From Magallana gigas (lineage: Eukaryota), in NCBI RefSeq assembly GCF_963853765.1, contig NC_088854.1, forward strand, positions 44,702,001 to 44,766,000: DNA of 64,000 nt, read 5' to 3'. Each line of letters starts with the position of its first letter. The stretch's first letter is position 1. The position numbers and the translations under genes are program-made. Below the pieces are notes generated by a model, which was not told the DNA's origin, did not search any database, and saw only the letters and a program-made list of their open reading frames with translations. Shown one piece after another: positions 35,045 to 46,472 of the stretch.

Positions 35045-38000
35045 ATGTTTTATCGGTGCGACCCATAATGGAACAAGTATGTGTCCGTATCAGTGCAGTA
35101 CTTTCCTTAGAATAGAAATGGAAAGATTCTTGATTAGTTCTTGGACGCGAAATATTATATTGTCTTTTTTCTTTGTTTTTTTTTTAAAGGATTTTCCTGT
35201 CTTTTGTATTTATCTCATAAATTACCTTTTGCACTGTAACGGCTGTGTAGCCTCGAACACAGAAATATTTAATCTTTCTCTGCTCTTTGAAGAGCAGATT
35301 CATCAATTTTGGGTAGTTTAACTTTACTAAGGAGTACCTTTAAAGTCATGGGAAGTCTATAGAAGGCTTGACGGTTTTAGGTACAAAATATGAAAGTCGG
35401 TGGGTTTATTATGGATCAAGACTAAACATTATGTTGAGAACCTTCAAGATTTTGTGATTTTATTTTTTTCATGTATTTCATTGAGTAGCTTGATTTTATC
35501 AGCCAAACTGTGTTTGAAATACGATAGCATTATTACCACAAAGACGAATCTCAAATAAACTTTACAAATAAAACTCTGAAGCCTATGGATCACGCGGACA
35601 AATTTTCGGGGTAGGTTTTCTCACGAGCAGTAAACCCGCGAGCTACCTTTAAATAACGGCTCTAAAGTAGTCATTTTTACAACATGAGTTTTGGAAAAGT
35701 CAACATTTATTTTAGAAATGTACAAAATCATAAGCGCTTAATATAATCAGATATATATTCTGTCATTGAAAGTTCTATCCCGTTGTACCCCTTGGGTTTT
35801 TGGTGTTTTTTTTTGGGGGGGGGGGTGGTTTTATAGTGGAACGATGGTTGCTTTTGCGGAGTTCACTCGTTTCTCCAACGTATTGTTTTGAGCAAACCTT
35901 ACAGCCTAAATTTAGCTTAAGTTAAATGCAATTGTCTGTGGAACAAGACGTGTTACTTAATATTTTATCGGTGCGACCCATAATGGAACAAGTATGTGTC
36001 CGTATCAGTGCAGTACTTTTGTTAGAATAGGAATGGAAAGATTCTTGATTAGTTCTTGGACGCGAAATATTATATTGTCTTTTTTCTTTGTTTTTTTTTT
36101 TAAAGGATTTTCCTGTCTTTTGTATTTATCTTATAAATTACCTTTTGCACTGTGTCGGCTTTGTAGCCTCGATCACAGAAATATTTAATCTTTCTCTGCT
36201 CTTTGAAGAGCAGATTCATCAATTTTGGGTAGTTTAACTTTACTAAGGAGTACCTTTAAAGTCATGGGAAGTCTATAGAAGGCTTGACGGTTTTAGGTAC
36301 AAAATATGAAAGTCGGTGGGTTTAATATGGATCAAGACTAAACATTATGTTGAGAACCTTCAAGATTTTGTGATTTTATTTTTTTCATTGTTGTAAATTT
36401 GGCGAGTTCCAATCTGATTAAAATCAGATCTTGTATCCGCTTCGACAAATTCGATGTCGCTACACCTTTGTGCTTTGTGTACCGACATCGAATTTGTCGG
36501 AGCGGATCAAAGATCTGCTGTTAATCAGATTGGGCGAGTTCACATCCCGAGGCCATAAAAGTTAGGTGATCCCGCTTTTGATCTCCGTCTCACTTTTACG
36601 AAAGGAATGGTCCTTATAACTCAATAATAAAACTGATAGTCGTTTCAAATGTGAGGCATTTGCCTGATTTGCCACCATTGCGCTACGGCCGTGCTGGACG
36701 GGCAAAGACAGTAATGATTCTTGATGCACAGACTTACTCGCGGGCTGAGTGATCTCAGACTTTCAAGTAGTTTTAAGTAGTTATATTTACATTTTCCAGT
36801 GTCTTTGCCTGTGATAACACTACATATCGATTTTGTACTATATAACCCATAATACAAATGACGCCAAAACGAGGCGCCAGCGGAGTTTGCTTATCAATAT
36901 TTAAATATATAATCGTACGATGGCTTAAAATTATATAAATATAAGTAATAAGGAATCATTCTTTGAATATTATGAGATGATAATTTCGGTCGGGGTGTGA
37001 TCAAATCTGTCATAAAGCCCTTCGGGCTTTATTGGATTTGATCACACCCCGACCGAAATTATCACCTCATAATACTCAAAGAATGATTCCTTATTCCTTA
37101 TGTAATTACCTTGGTAACCTTCACATGTAGGAGAATCAGCTGTTCCTTCGTTGTAACGTTCTGATCCACAATAATCATTTGGTTGATTTAGTATTTTTAA
37201 CAACTTTTCATGGATAATTTATCACATGATTCCGTAAACATTAAAATATTTTCGTTGGTTTTTCATGTGGTCTATGTAGTTAGCTACCTAACATTGCAGA
37301 AAAAAAATTCCCCCCTGCAATGTGTTGACTACCTCTACACCCGCATAAAACACCTAAAGAAAGCATTTCATTGTTTGAATTTTTCATTTTTTTTACTATA
37401 TGTTTGTCCTCGATGTTATTCTATAGTTCTTTTTAACTATACTCTCCCTAATTTCTTGTTCAAAACGATAATTATAGTCTCAACTGCAAAACATGTACTT
37501 TTTGCCGCCACTGCAAAAGGGGTGCGCTACGGCCGTGATAACTCCTATCAAAATATCTCCCTTGCAAGGTAAGAAAGTAGTCATGAAAATAATATGCTAT
37601 GGAGGACATCTTAGTGTTAAAAAAAGAAGAAAATCATTGACAAATAATTTTACACTGCAAGGCCCTGTTTCCCCTTATCTTTTTTTTCATTTACCTATTT
37701 GGGAAGTTTTAAGATTGGAAATAGCTAGCAATCACAGAAGAGCACAACGCACAGTGGAAACGATAATTAAATTAGACACTGTTCTATAATGAATGTGGTG
37801 TATATATTTACATCTACCAAGTATTATTTCCTCTATTTCTTACGGAAACTTATAGTTGATTCATTTAAACAATAAAATGCTCACTTTGGTGATTCATTTG
37901 GGATATGAAGGTAGCGACATTGCAGAAAAAATACATACCTTCATAACCCACATGAATCACCAAATTGAGCATTTTATTGTTTATATTAACATCTTTATTT

Positions 38001-39574
38001 TAACTAATTAATAAATTGAGCATAAAAAGTAAGTAAAATTCACTAAATTACTATTAATGTACATAAGTACGTTAGCTAAAAGAAACAGCCAAATCGTCTC
38101 CAGTGAGACTTCGAGTCTGACATCATCATGGTTAGTTCGTGCAGTCCGTGATTTTTCTTAGGTAGTTGTAGGTCTCGACCAATCGAAAAACAGGGCGTGT
38201 CAAATTCAATCCTGTCACTTTCTTGTCAGTTTCAGTCGCCGTAGATTTCGACCAATCGATAAACGGGGCGTGTAGATTTCAGTCTGGCTGTTTCTATAGA
38301 GCTATGATATAACTATAAGTTTCCGTAAGAAATAGAGGGAATAATACTTGGTGGATGTAAATATAGCTCTATAAACAGCCACACTGAAATCTACACGCCC
38401 CGTGTATCGATTGGTCAAAATCTACAGCAGCTGAAACTGACAAGAAAGTGACAGGACTGAAACTAACACGCCCTGTTAATCAATTGGTCGAGATCTACAA
38501 CTACCTAACAAAAATCACGGACTGCACGAAATTATCATGAGGATGTCAGACTCAAAGTCTCACAGGAGAAGATTTGGCTGTTTCTTTTCGCTAATGTTCT
38601 TATGTACGTTAACAGTAATTTAGTGAATTTTACTTACTTCTTACGCTCAATTTATTAATAAGTTAAAAGAAAGACGTTAATTTAAACAATAAAATGCTTT
38701 TCTTTAATGATTCATGCGGGTTATGAAGGTAGCAATCATTGCAGGAAAAAACCTGACATAACCCGCTAACGCGGGTTATATATAATACATTCACTGTTTT
38801 ATGATAAATTTACGCTCGTATAATAAATCTATTTATTCATAATAATCGTACTGTTCTATAAGAATGAAATGCTGTATAAAAAATACTATGAATCACTTAC
38901 TTGAAAACATAGAAATTTCCTGAACTAAAATCACAGGTGAAATTTGTGGGGTTATTGACTGATTGCGTTATGATGTCATATTCAGAGAGGTACATGATGG
39001 ACTCGGTAAATTCCGTGTCCCCAAACACACTGCTGATCCAGGTTCCCCGCAAAGCGCCCGGAAGTGTACATGCGCCATCTTTCCAAATCATGAAAGTGTT
39101 GAAATTGTAAAATATTAATAGATTTCTTTTTTCATAAAATCTTAATGCTACAAAAAGTACGCTTTTTATTCAATGTATACTGAATTCAATTTCATACTGA
39201 ATTGTGCAAATATGCAGCATTATGTTGATGGCGAAAAACTAATTCTGAAAGATTTTTTTTTTACATCAATATAAGTTAAATAGCTTGTTTTTTATTTATC
39301 AATTCATTTTTTTATTCTTTAAACGTTTTGGTGGTAAATGGAAAACTATTTTTTTTTTACTGTATCGCGAGCAAAGTAAATTCGCTTTTTACAAACGTTA
39401 TACATTTTCAGTTTACATTGAAATAGAAACATTAAATCAATCACCATAGAAACATTTTAACGTTTTTACATTGTATTTCACAAAAACAAAATCATACCAA
39501 AAACATCTACCTGAGCTGTTTAAGAAAAATAAAAATATTAATCCCGGCAAACACCAGAATAAAACAGTGGGCAT
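29238..39574 (-). CDS. Uncharacterised type I membrane glycoprotein, ~600 aa: signal peptide, two Cys-containing extracellular domains, TM helix, acidic disordered tail; 10 exons
   Basis: Exons 39574-39511 (MPTVLFWCLPGLIFLFFLNSS), 39078-38901, 33848-33742, 33266-33174, 32813-32628, 31945-31827, 31083-30963, 30681-30673, 30554-30399 (TM AVIIAGVVVSLVVIATVIGAILGY then KYYKRKK), 30007-29238; all GT-AG and phase-consistent (1803 nt). Confidence 0.85.
31314..31793 (+). mobile_element. Helentron/HINE-like non-autonomous element with two ~160-bp monomers and a 3' hairpin
   Basis: Starts aacaagagatgtttgtgaaacac; monomers gggc(c)ataactctgtc.aaaattgctc near 31410 and 31573; gac-rich microrepeat; ends atgccctcccttcttcgaaggg...gggcataaaa. 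Confidence 0.75.
34466..36388. repeat. Intronic tandem duplication of an ~865-bp unit (34466-35472 and 35529-36388)
   Basis: Both copies run from attattaccacaaagacgaatctc to ttttatttttttcat at high identity; copy 1 carries an extra 139-bp insertion. Confidence 0.92.
34909..35047. mobile_element. 139-bp MITE with CATGCGCGGATC TIRs and apparent TTTTA target duplication
   Basis: tttta|catgcgcggatctaga ... tctggatccgcgcatg|tttta; the sister copy shows the empty site aatattttatcgg. Confidence 0.9.
36410..36532. mobile_element. 123-bp fold-back MITE with 9-bp target duplication (Mutator-like)
   Basis: GGCGAGTTC at 36401-36409 and 36533-36541 flanks caatctgatt...aatcagattg, whose halves are ~55-bp imperfect inverted repeats. 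Confidence 0.85.
36942..37100. repeat. Palindromic element, ~159 bp, with TTC/GAA triloop
   Basis: taagtaataaggaatcattctttg...tgatcaaatc...ataaagccc TTC gggctttat...gatttgatca...caaagaatgattccttattcctta; loop 37021-37023. Confidence 0.9.
37803..38790. repeat. Large imperfect inverted duplication (~370-bp arms) with nested inverted segments
   Basis: ~37935-38305 is the reverse complement of ~38364-38731. The central spacer 38312-38364 is the reverse complement of 37803-37857. Confidence 0.85.
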
Positions 39575-40653
39575 TATTCTAGTTTCTGTACTTGTGTTCC
39601 GTGTCTAATATCGCTACAATTTATATATAGAGACAGTCCCTAATAGTGTTAACCAATCGGACGAATAGTTCTTTTTATTAACCATTTACAAATTTTTCTG
39701 TCCCATTACTCTTTTGTATTGTGCCCGCTTATTGCTGATTACAATTTAAAGAACGAAAGCACGTAATAGAATTTAAGTGGTTTGAAATATTCCAATATTC
39801 CTCGCATTTGTAAAAAAAAAAAATCTTGCAATATATATTTAAATCTGTTACATTTTTAACAATAATTTGAAAAATAAAACAATATTCCAAAAATCAAATA
39901 ACTGGAATTTCACTTAATTTTATTTAGTTATAAAAATCAGAACTTAATGTTCCCTTGTTTGGCCTCGGGCCACAATTACAAGAATATGTTAAATAAACAA
40001 CTAGGGCGTACAGTACATTGTCAACGTTAGAGCAATGTTTGCATGTACGGACCGCGATTCATTTGGACTTCTGTAAAATGCTTTAACTGGTAAACGTGTA
40101 AACTATTTCTCTGATTCTCAGCAAAAAATAGTATGGTTTATTATGGTTCTATTATTATTATTAGAAATCTAGCTTTCTCAAATTCTATATGCATGGACTT
40201 GCATTATTCATAAAATTTAAACAAAACTTCTTTAACTTCAATTGTTTTAGGTGTATCTCGAAACAAAGTTGGAGAACTGGATTTTAGAGTACATTATGTA
40301 TCAAACAGAGATCTTCCTTTGTTATAAAATTTCAATAACATCCGAATCTCATCTACCACGGAACTGACGTTTAGAGAGATTTAAATGTAGTTTAAATTCA
40401 ACAAAGAAAAGAAATCTATTTCAAAGATCACTCAAGGTAAAATCATATTGAGATGCTATTGAAGTGTACGCGATTCATTGAAAGCAATGAATAAAAAAAT
40501 CAGTGAATTAACTAGCGTCTCCTATAGCAATACCTCAAAACAGATCCATTCTTCGCGCAAGGAAATAAAAGAAAAAGGCAGTATGAGTCGCGAAGACGGT
40601 TTAATTATAAAATCGATGAAACGGATATAAGCAAGAGACAAGAAGAATTCAGA

Positions 40654-42711
40654 ATGGCCAAGACAGGACGCGGAGATATAAAAGTGAATGAGAGATTCCT
40701 GACGTGTGGTCTGTGCAGCCAGTGGTTCACTCAGCCCCGGACCTTACCCTGCCTCCATTCCTACTGCGAGAACTGTCTGTCCAAGCACATTCATGACTAC
40801 ATTGCCAAGTCCAGCGTCAAAAAGGGGAGTCAAACCGCCCACCCGACGGAGTATGTGTGTCCCACGTGTAACAAGGCCATCAATGTGTCCAAGTTCTCCT
40901 CGCAGTCCGCCAAAAACTGGACAACCAAGTTTCCCCTTAACACGTTCCTTATGGATCTACTGGACGTGGAACTCCTGATGAGGGGCGAGAAAACTTGTGG
41001 TCCGTGTACACGTAATGGCGACCGATCGGACGTAGTTTCCTGGTGCAAAGAATGCCGGGACGGGCTCTGCAAGAACTGCTCCAAGGTTCATCGTGGAATG
41101 CGTGTGTCCATGGACCACACAGTGCTTAGCAAGGAAGAGTTCATGAAGCACGTTTCTCTGCTACAGGAACAACAAGAGCCGTGTCAGAAACATCCGGGCA
41201 AGACACTGGACATGTACTGTATGACGGACAGGGAACTCTGTTGTCCGAACTGTGTGGCGGAAGAACACAGGCGCTGTGACCGAGTTGTGTCCGTGATGGA
41301 CGCGGTCAAGCAGAGCCGTCTGGACAAAACGCCGGAGTTCCTCAAGAAAAACCTTGAGGAATACAACGAGCACATAGAGAAGGTCATCGCATCCAGAACC
41401 AACAAGTTGCTGAGCCTGGACGAACAGAAAACCAAGCTTATTGACGAGTTTGCTCAAATTCGCATTAACGTCATAAATATTCTGGACAAAATGGAGAAAG
41501 CTATCAAGAAGGAGCTCTCTGACATACATTCTGGGGAAACCAAGGCAATGGAGAAAGAGGTGAGCAAGTCTAGGAAGATACAATCGGCGGTAACAAATGC
41601 GCATGAATTGCTGAACGTTACAGAAAACCATGGGTCCGACTCCAACCTCATGAAAACTATTGAAGAGGTCAAGAGGGAATGCCTGTGGTACGAAGAGGAG
41701 ATGGGTAAACTGAGGAGCAAAATTCAAGACTGTGAGTACGTTTTCGAAATCGACGAGCATATAGAAACATTGCTCAACAAAGTGAAAAAATACGGAGAAT
41801 TGAAAGTCCGCCACTCGCCCTCAAAACTGCAACCCTTCCCCAACACCGTGACGATTGAAAAGTCGATCGAGCAAGGGAAACAATTCAAGTCTACCCTGTC
41901 TTTGAAAGGGCGAAAAGCAGAACTCGCGAAAGCATTTGATGCCAAAATGGAAGATGACATTAAAGACTGTTGGTACACTGGGGCCGCATTCCTTAGCGAT
42001 GGAAGATTTGTACTGGTGGATCGTTCTAATCGAAAACTGAAGCTATTCAGCAAGAACTACCGGCTTCTGAACAGCATCTTTTTCACAACGAAACCTTGGG
42101 ATGTGACAGTTGTTGGGGAGAACGAAATCGCCGTGACACTTCCGGAGGAGCACGGGATACAGCTTCTGACCACGGGGGACTCCATTAAAATGTCGGACTA
42201 CTTTACCACGGAGGAAGCTTGCTTCGGAATCAAGCACGTGCGAGGAAAGTTCTTCGCTCTTTGCTACGACGGAAAGCCTCCGGCATTGAAAGTTATTTCT
42301 TCAGACGGAAGGGAACTTGCAGCCATTGGAGTTGATGACGACGGATCTCCGTTATTTTCACGGCCGATATATGTAACGTCAAATAACGCCGGTACCGTGA
42401 TCTTCGTGTCAGACGAACGCCGAGGTTGTATCACGTGTCTTACGGAAACCTCCGAGCATTGTTACACCTATTCCACAATAGATCTCAGCCATGTAGCAGG
42501 AATAACGTTGGATCGTGAAGGCAACCTCTATGTTTGCAGGAACCATGCAAAAAGCGTGCAAGTTGTAACACCCGAGGGAGACCGCATAAAGACCATCGTG
42601 TCACGAGAGGAAATTACGTATCCACGTGCTATTGCATACGACGAGAAAGAGGATCGTCTGCTCATAACTCAGGGGGATAAGAGCGTAGTCAAAATATTCC
42701 AGTTCGAGTAA
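40654..42711 (+). CDS. TRIM-family E3 ligase: RING, B-box1, B-box2, coiled coil, NHL-like beta-propeller (TRIM2/3/56/71-like), 685 aa, intronless
   Basis: RING CGLC...CLHSYCENC...CPTC; B-box CGPC...WCKECRDGLCKNCSKVH; B-box CQKH...YCMTDRELCCPNCVAEEH; helical middle region; repeats such as GRFVLVDRSNRKLKLF and GITLDREGNLYVC. Confidence 0.96.
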   Translation: MAKTGRGDIKVNERFLTCGLCSQWFTQPRTLPCLHSYCENCLSKHIHDYIAKSSVKKGSQTAHPTEYVCPTCNKAINVSKFSSQSAKNWTTKFPLNTFLMDLLDVELLMRGEKTCGPCTRNGDRSDVVSWCKECRDGLCKNCSKVHRGMRVSMDHTVLSKEEFMKHVSLLQEQQEPCQKHPGKTLDMYCMTDRELCCPNCVAEEHRRCDRVVSVMDAVKQSRLDKTPEFLKKNLEEYNEHIEKVIASRTNKLLSLDEQKTKLIDEFAQIRINVINILDKMEKAIKKELSDIHSGETKAMEKEVSKSRKIQSAVTNAHELLNVTENHGSDSNLMKTIEEVKRECLWYEEEMGKLRSKIQDCEYVFEIDEHIETLLNKVKKYGELKVRHSPSKLQPFPNTVTIEKSIEQGKQFKSTLSLKGRKAELAKAFDAKMEDDIKDCWYTGAAFLSDGRFVLVDRSNRKLKLFSKNYRLLNSIFFTTKPWDVTVVGENEIAVTLPEEHGIQLLTTGDSIKMSDYFTTEEACFGIKHVRGKFFALCYDGKPPALKVISSDGRELAAIGVDDDGSPLFSRPIYVTSNNAGTVIFVSDERRGCITCLTETSEHCYTYSTIDLSHVAGITLDREGNLYVCRNHAKSVQVVTPEGDRIKTIVSREEITYPRAIAYDEKEDRLLITQGDKSVVKIFQFE

Positions 42712-43238
42712 CTTTCATTAGAAAGCTTATTTCTGTCACATAATCATTCTCATGAAACATGTTATATTTGCCAAACTTGCTTATAATTATCCCTTATCAA
42801 TTCCGTAAAATAATAAATATATGCATTTTTACGCAATGCTGCTAGTTTATACTACAACTTATTCAGTAGCTGAACATATTGTCATCTTATAACCTTGATT
42901 ACCCTATCATCTGTAAATGTGAACATTTATATAGGAAGACAATGGACCATTTCATGATAATTTTATTATTCATTATTTTTTCACAATTAAATTAAAAAAA
43001 GCATTTTACTGACTTTTTTGTCAATGAGTTATACATGTACATGTAAAACTAAGCACATGTGGAGAGTATATAGTTGACTGACAAGCTTTACCAATTATCA
43101 TATTCCAAAGTTTAAATTATAAGCAAAAAATTTAAGAGTTTGAAATTCAACTGCTTTAGGCATGTATATTATCCAGTCTTTGTAGAGGGACACTTTTTTG
43201 CTGATAAAATAATCCATACTGAGTCTTGCAGATAAAAT

Positions 43239-45927
43239 CTAGGCTTTGGTTCCCACGACTTCATCAATCCATTTTAAGTATGGCGGATTTCCATTGTCAA
43301 TCTAAAATTACACAAAAACCTTTGGAAGTTGTTGAAAATATCATTATTCATTTAAACCAATGCAACTGACTCAGTTTTTCAAATTCTTCATTCCAAAAAT
43401 GCAGTCTTGTATATTTTTTATATACTCGTAACTTAATGTTTAGTGTAGACAGAGTAAATTATAACAAATCAAAAGGTTATTTCAATGATGATTGCGATTT
43501 AAATATTAATGACAGTCAATATTTGATGTCTAGAATATAATAAGATTTTTTATGTCGAAGGGAGAGTGAGGATGGGGGGGGGGGGGGGGGGGGGACAAAT
43601 TTACCTTGACACTAATCACCTCTGCAACATCATATGGGTGGTTTTCTCTGTAAAAAAAAAACAACAAACTGAACCAGTAAAAATCAGCTATTTGTTTATG
43701 TTCAAGAATCTACATGTACATAATAATTTATAAAATGAACTGCAATGTACATAAAAATTCAACAAAACCTTTTTCATCAAAAACTTGTTGGTCATGTCCA
43801 GAAATCTAGGTTAATATATAGGTATAATATACTATGTAAATGGTCTTACTTTGGTTAGTAAGTGTTATAGTCTGTCCCAAGTTATTGCTTCCATCAATTT
43901 TTAATGATTTTTAATAAAAATACACATACCTGTGAAAGAAATACAATTGAAATCGATTAAAGGGAATATATCCAAGATATCTTCATTGAACAATTATCCC
44001 TTACTCATAAAATTTCACAGGAACGAAAACAATTTTTCTTACGGAGATTTATAATGGGAAATGTTTACATCTTTTCTCCATTCGGAATACACTCAGAATA
44101 CATCACGCAATTTTTTAACGTTATCATCCGGGCTTATTAATGGCTGATGCAATGCAAAATCTCCGTAGACTTTCAATTTTGGGATGTGTATTGAAACCTG
44201 AAACGGAGGAGGGGGCGTTTCAAAACAGATAATCTGGACATTTTTCATATTAGTGGATGAACATAGTTTGAGCACAAAGGTATTTACTATTATTGAAATA
44301 TCAAGCAAAAAGTGGTGGAAGCAAAAACTCGGGACAGAGTATAACAATTATATGTATTACCTTACATATTTGATGACATCTTCCACTTTACTTGTAGCTG
44401 TCTTTATTTTCTATAAAAATAAAAAAAAAAAAACAAATTTTGAAAAAATAGAGAAAATGTTATCTCTATTTTCTAAATCAAACTGCCGTGCTGCTTTATT
44501 TTATAAGAGAATGCTAAAATTAATACTTTACCAGAAGAAGCTCTGGGTCTTCATTGATTTTGCCCTCCCATTCATACCTGTAATGGATTTTAAAAACCTG
44601 AATTTTCAAGCATTTTAGAAATATATGCCAGGAGTCATTTCAACAAGACATTAAGCATTGGGTAGTTGTTTTCAGAAACATTTGAATGTTTGCAATTCAG
44701 CCATGGCTCAAAGAAATCAACATTTATTAGATGTGCCTATAATAAACAGAGTAAATTTCACTTGAAATTATTTTAGATGCATAAACTAGTTATTTACATA
44801 ATGAAATCCCAAGGTCTTATTTATTACATTAGCGATATCAAAATCTGCTTAGGTTTTTTTTCAGAGTTGGGTAATTGGTGTTTCATACAGGAAAGGACAG
44901 TGGCTATCATTGCAAAAAAATAATATAAATTGCTAGAGCAGGTTCTGTATTTTTTTTCTGCAATGCTTGCTATCTTTTTACTTGCATGAGCCATCAAAGG
45001 AAGCAATACACTAACGACAACTGTTGTTTTGACTTAAACACTCACACAGATATCAGGCCTGGGATAATGTTGACACAAGCAGCGTGCTTCTCTTTCACCA
45101 AACCTCTTTAAAAAAAAAAAAACAAGAATGAACAACAGACATGCAGGCAACTATATAATCACAATGGTCTATATATTTAACATTTGTGTTTATACACATA
45201 CAATAATGGATTTTGAATAAGTTGTGCTATAGATTAGCCTTTAGAGATAAATTTTGTCATAGCATGCAATACTGTATCTGCCCAATAAAATTATCAAAAA
45301 ATGAACAAAATGAAATAAGCAGTCTAAATTGGGTGGAAGAGGTCAGTTCATATTTAGTGACTTGGTACATGTATGTTATATCATCCAGCAAATCCAGGGT
45401 GTGTACGTATTGTAATGTTATATAGCTTTTTTAAATCTTATGGTTTATATGCATAAAAATGAACTTATTAGAAATTAGAATTTAAAATACCTGTACATTA
45501 AACAAGTACATGTAAATAATTCTTAAATCCAGACTCTCCTTGCAAAATTTCTGGGGTAGGAGTTCTTTATCATATCAAAAGAACACTTTCATGAAATTTG
45601 CTGTTCTGAGCATTTCCTCAAATAATCAAGGTAGGTAACAATGAGTCAATGACAATAATAGTCAAAATTTCTTCCAAAGGAATTTCTTTTAAAATCAAAT
45701 TTTCCAAGAAATCAATGTTAGAAATGTCAAAAAATAGATTCATGTAGGTAGAAGAATATGTAAAAGGAAAAAGAGAGGGGAGTGAGGGATCAGGAGAATT
45801 TTTTTTCCTACGCTGCCAGCTTCTTTGCTTCTTCCATTTTGTTAATTGTGACAAAGGCCACGGAGTAGCTTCCTTGTTGGCTCATTGTTGACAACGTGCG
45901 ACGCAGCAATCCAAGGAAAGGTGACAT
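43239..45927 (-). CDS. CUTA: CutA divalent-cation tolerance protein homolog, 125 aa from the first ATG, 6 coding exons (absent from the ORF track)
   Basis: Exons 45927-45812, 45105-45046, 44577-44532, 44410-44361, 43647-43605, 43301-43239 give ...SVAFVTINKMEEAKKLAAGLVKEKHAACVNIIPGLISVYEWEGKINEDPELLLKIKTATSKVEDVIKYVRENHPYDVAEVISVKIDNGNPPYLKWIDEVVGTKA*, the canonical CutA pattern (378 nt, phase-consistent). Confidence 0.95.
43868..44341. mobile_element. 474-bp TA-flanked MITE (Tc1/mariner-like) in a CutA intron
   Basis: TA(43866-43867)|TAGTCTGTCCCAAGTTATTGCTTCCA ... TGGAAGCAAAAACTCGGGACAGAGTA|TA(44342-44343): 26-bp imperfect TIR. Confidence 0.9.
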
Positions 45928-46472
45928 GCACACTCCTAGCAAAATCTACATGTAAAAATTTTAAGTCATCATGAATACAGTTGTCTCTATTGAACTGTTT
46001 GTTTATTGCTTTTTCTTTCAATTCTTGGCATTAAAAAAAATTATATGTACATATCATATGTTAATTAATACTAAAGAAATTAACAGTAAAATGGTTCGAT
46101 TAATCGCTGTACAACATAGTACACATGTGCTTTCCACTCCGACATGCTAATATTCTTTAATAATTCTATTTCATCAATACCGTGCATTCATAAAAATACA
46201 ACAGTTATAGTGCATACTAATAAATGTTGGCATAACTAATCGGGCAACGTGATCCTTTCTATTAAATTGTCTGTAGTGAGTTATTTTTAAAAGATCTCAG
46301 TAAACCGAAAGTAGTTTTTATTTTTTAACAGTTTGCATGTGCTCCGAATCTATACAAGACAGTATTTGCGTCTAAGATTAGCCAGAGACGTCTCTGGGTT
46401 AGCTAATAATGGAATTTACTTATTTCATGTATTATCTCTATACTAAGACAATCAAAGCTAAGATGGTCTTAC

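Noticed and set aside
40706-42237. Overlapping and antisense ORFs across the TRIM gene
   Set aside because: They show no domain-like content and are explained by the GC-richer codon usage of the real ORF.
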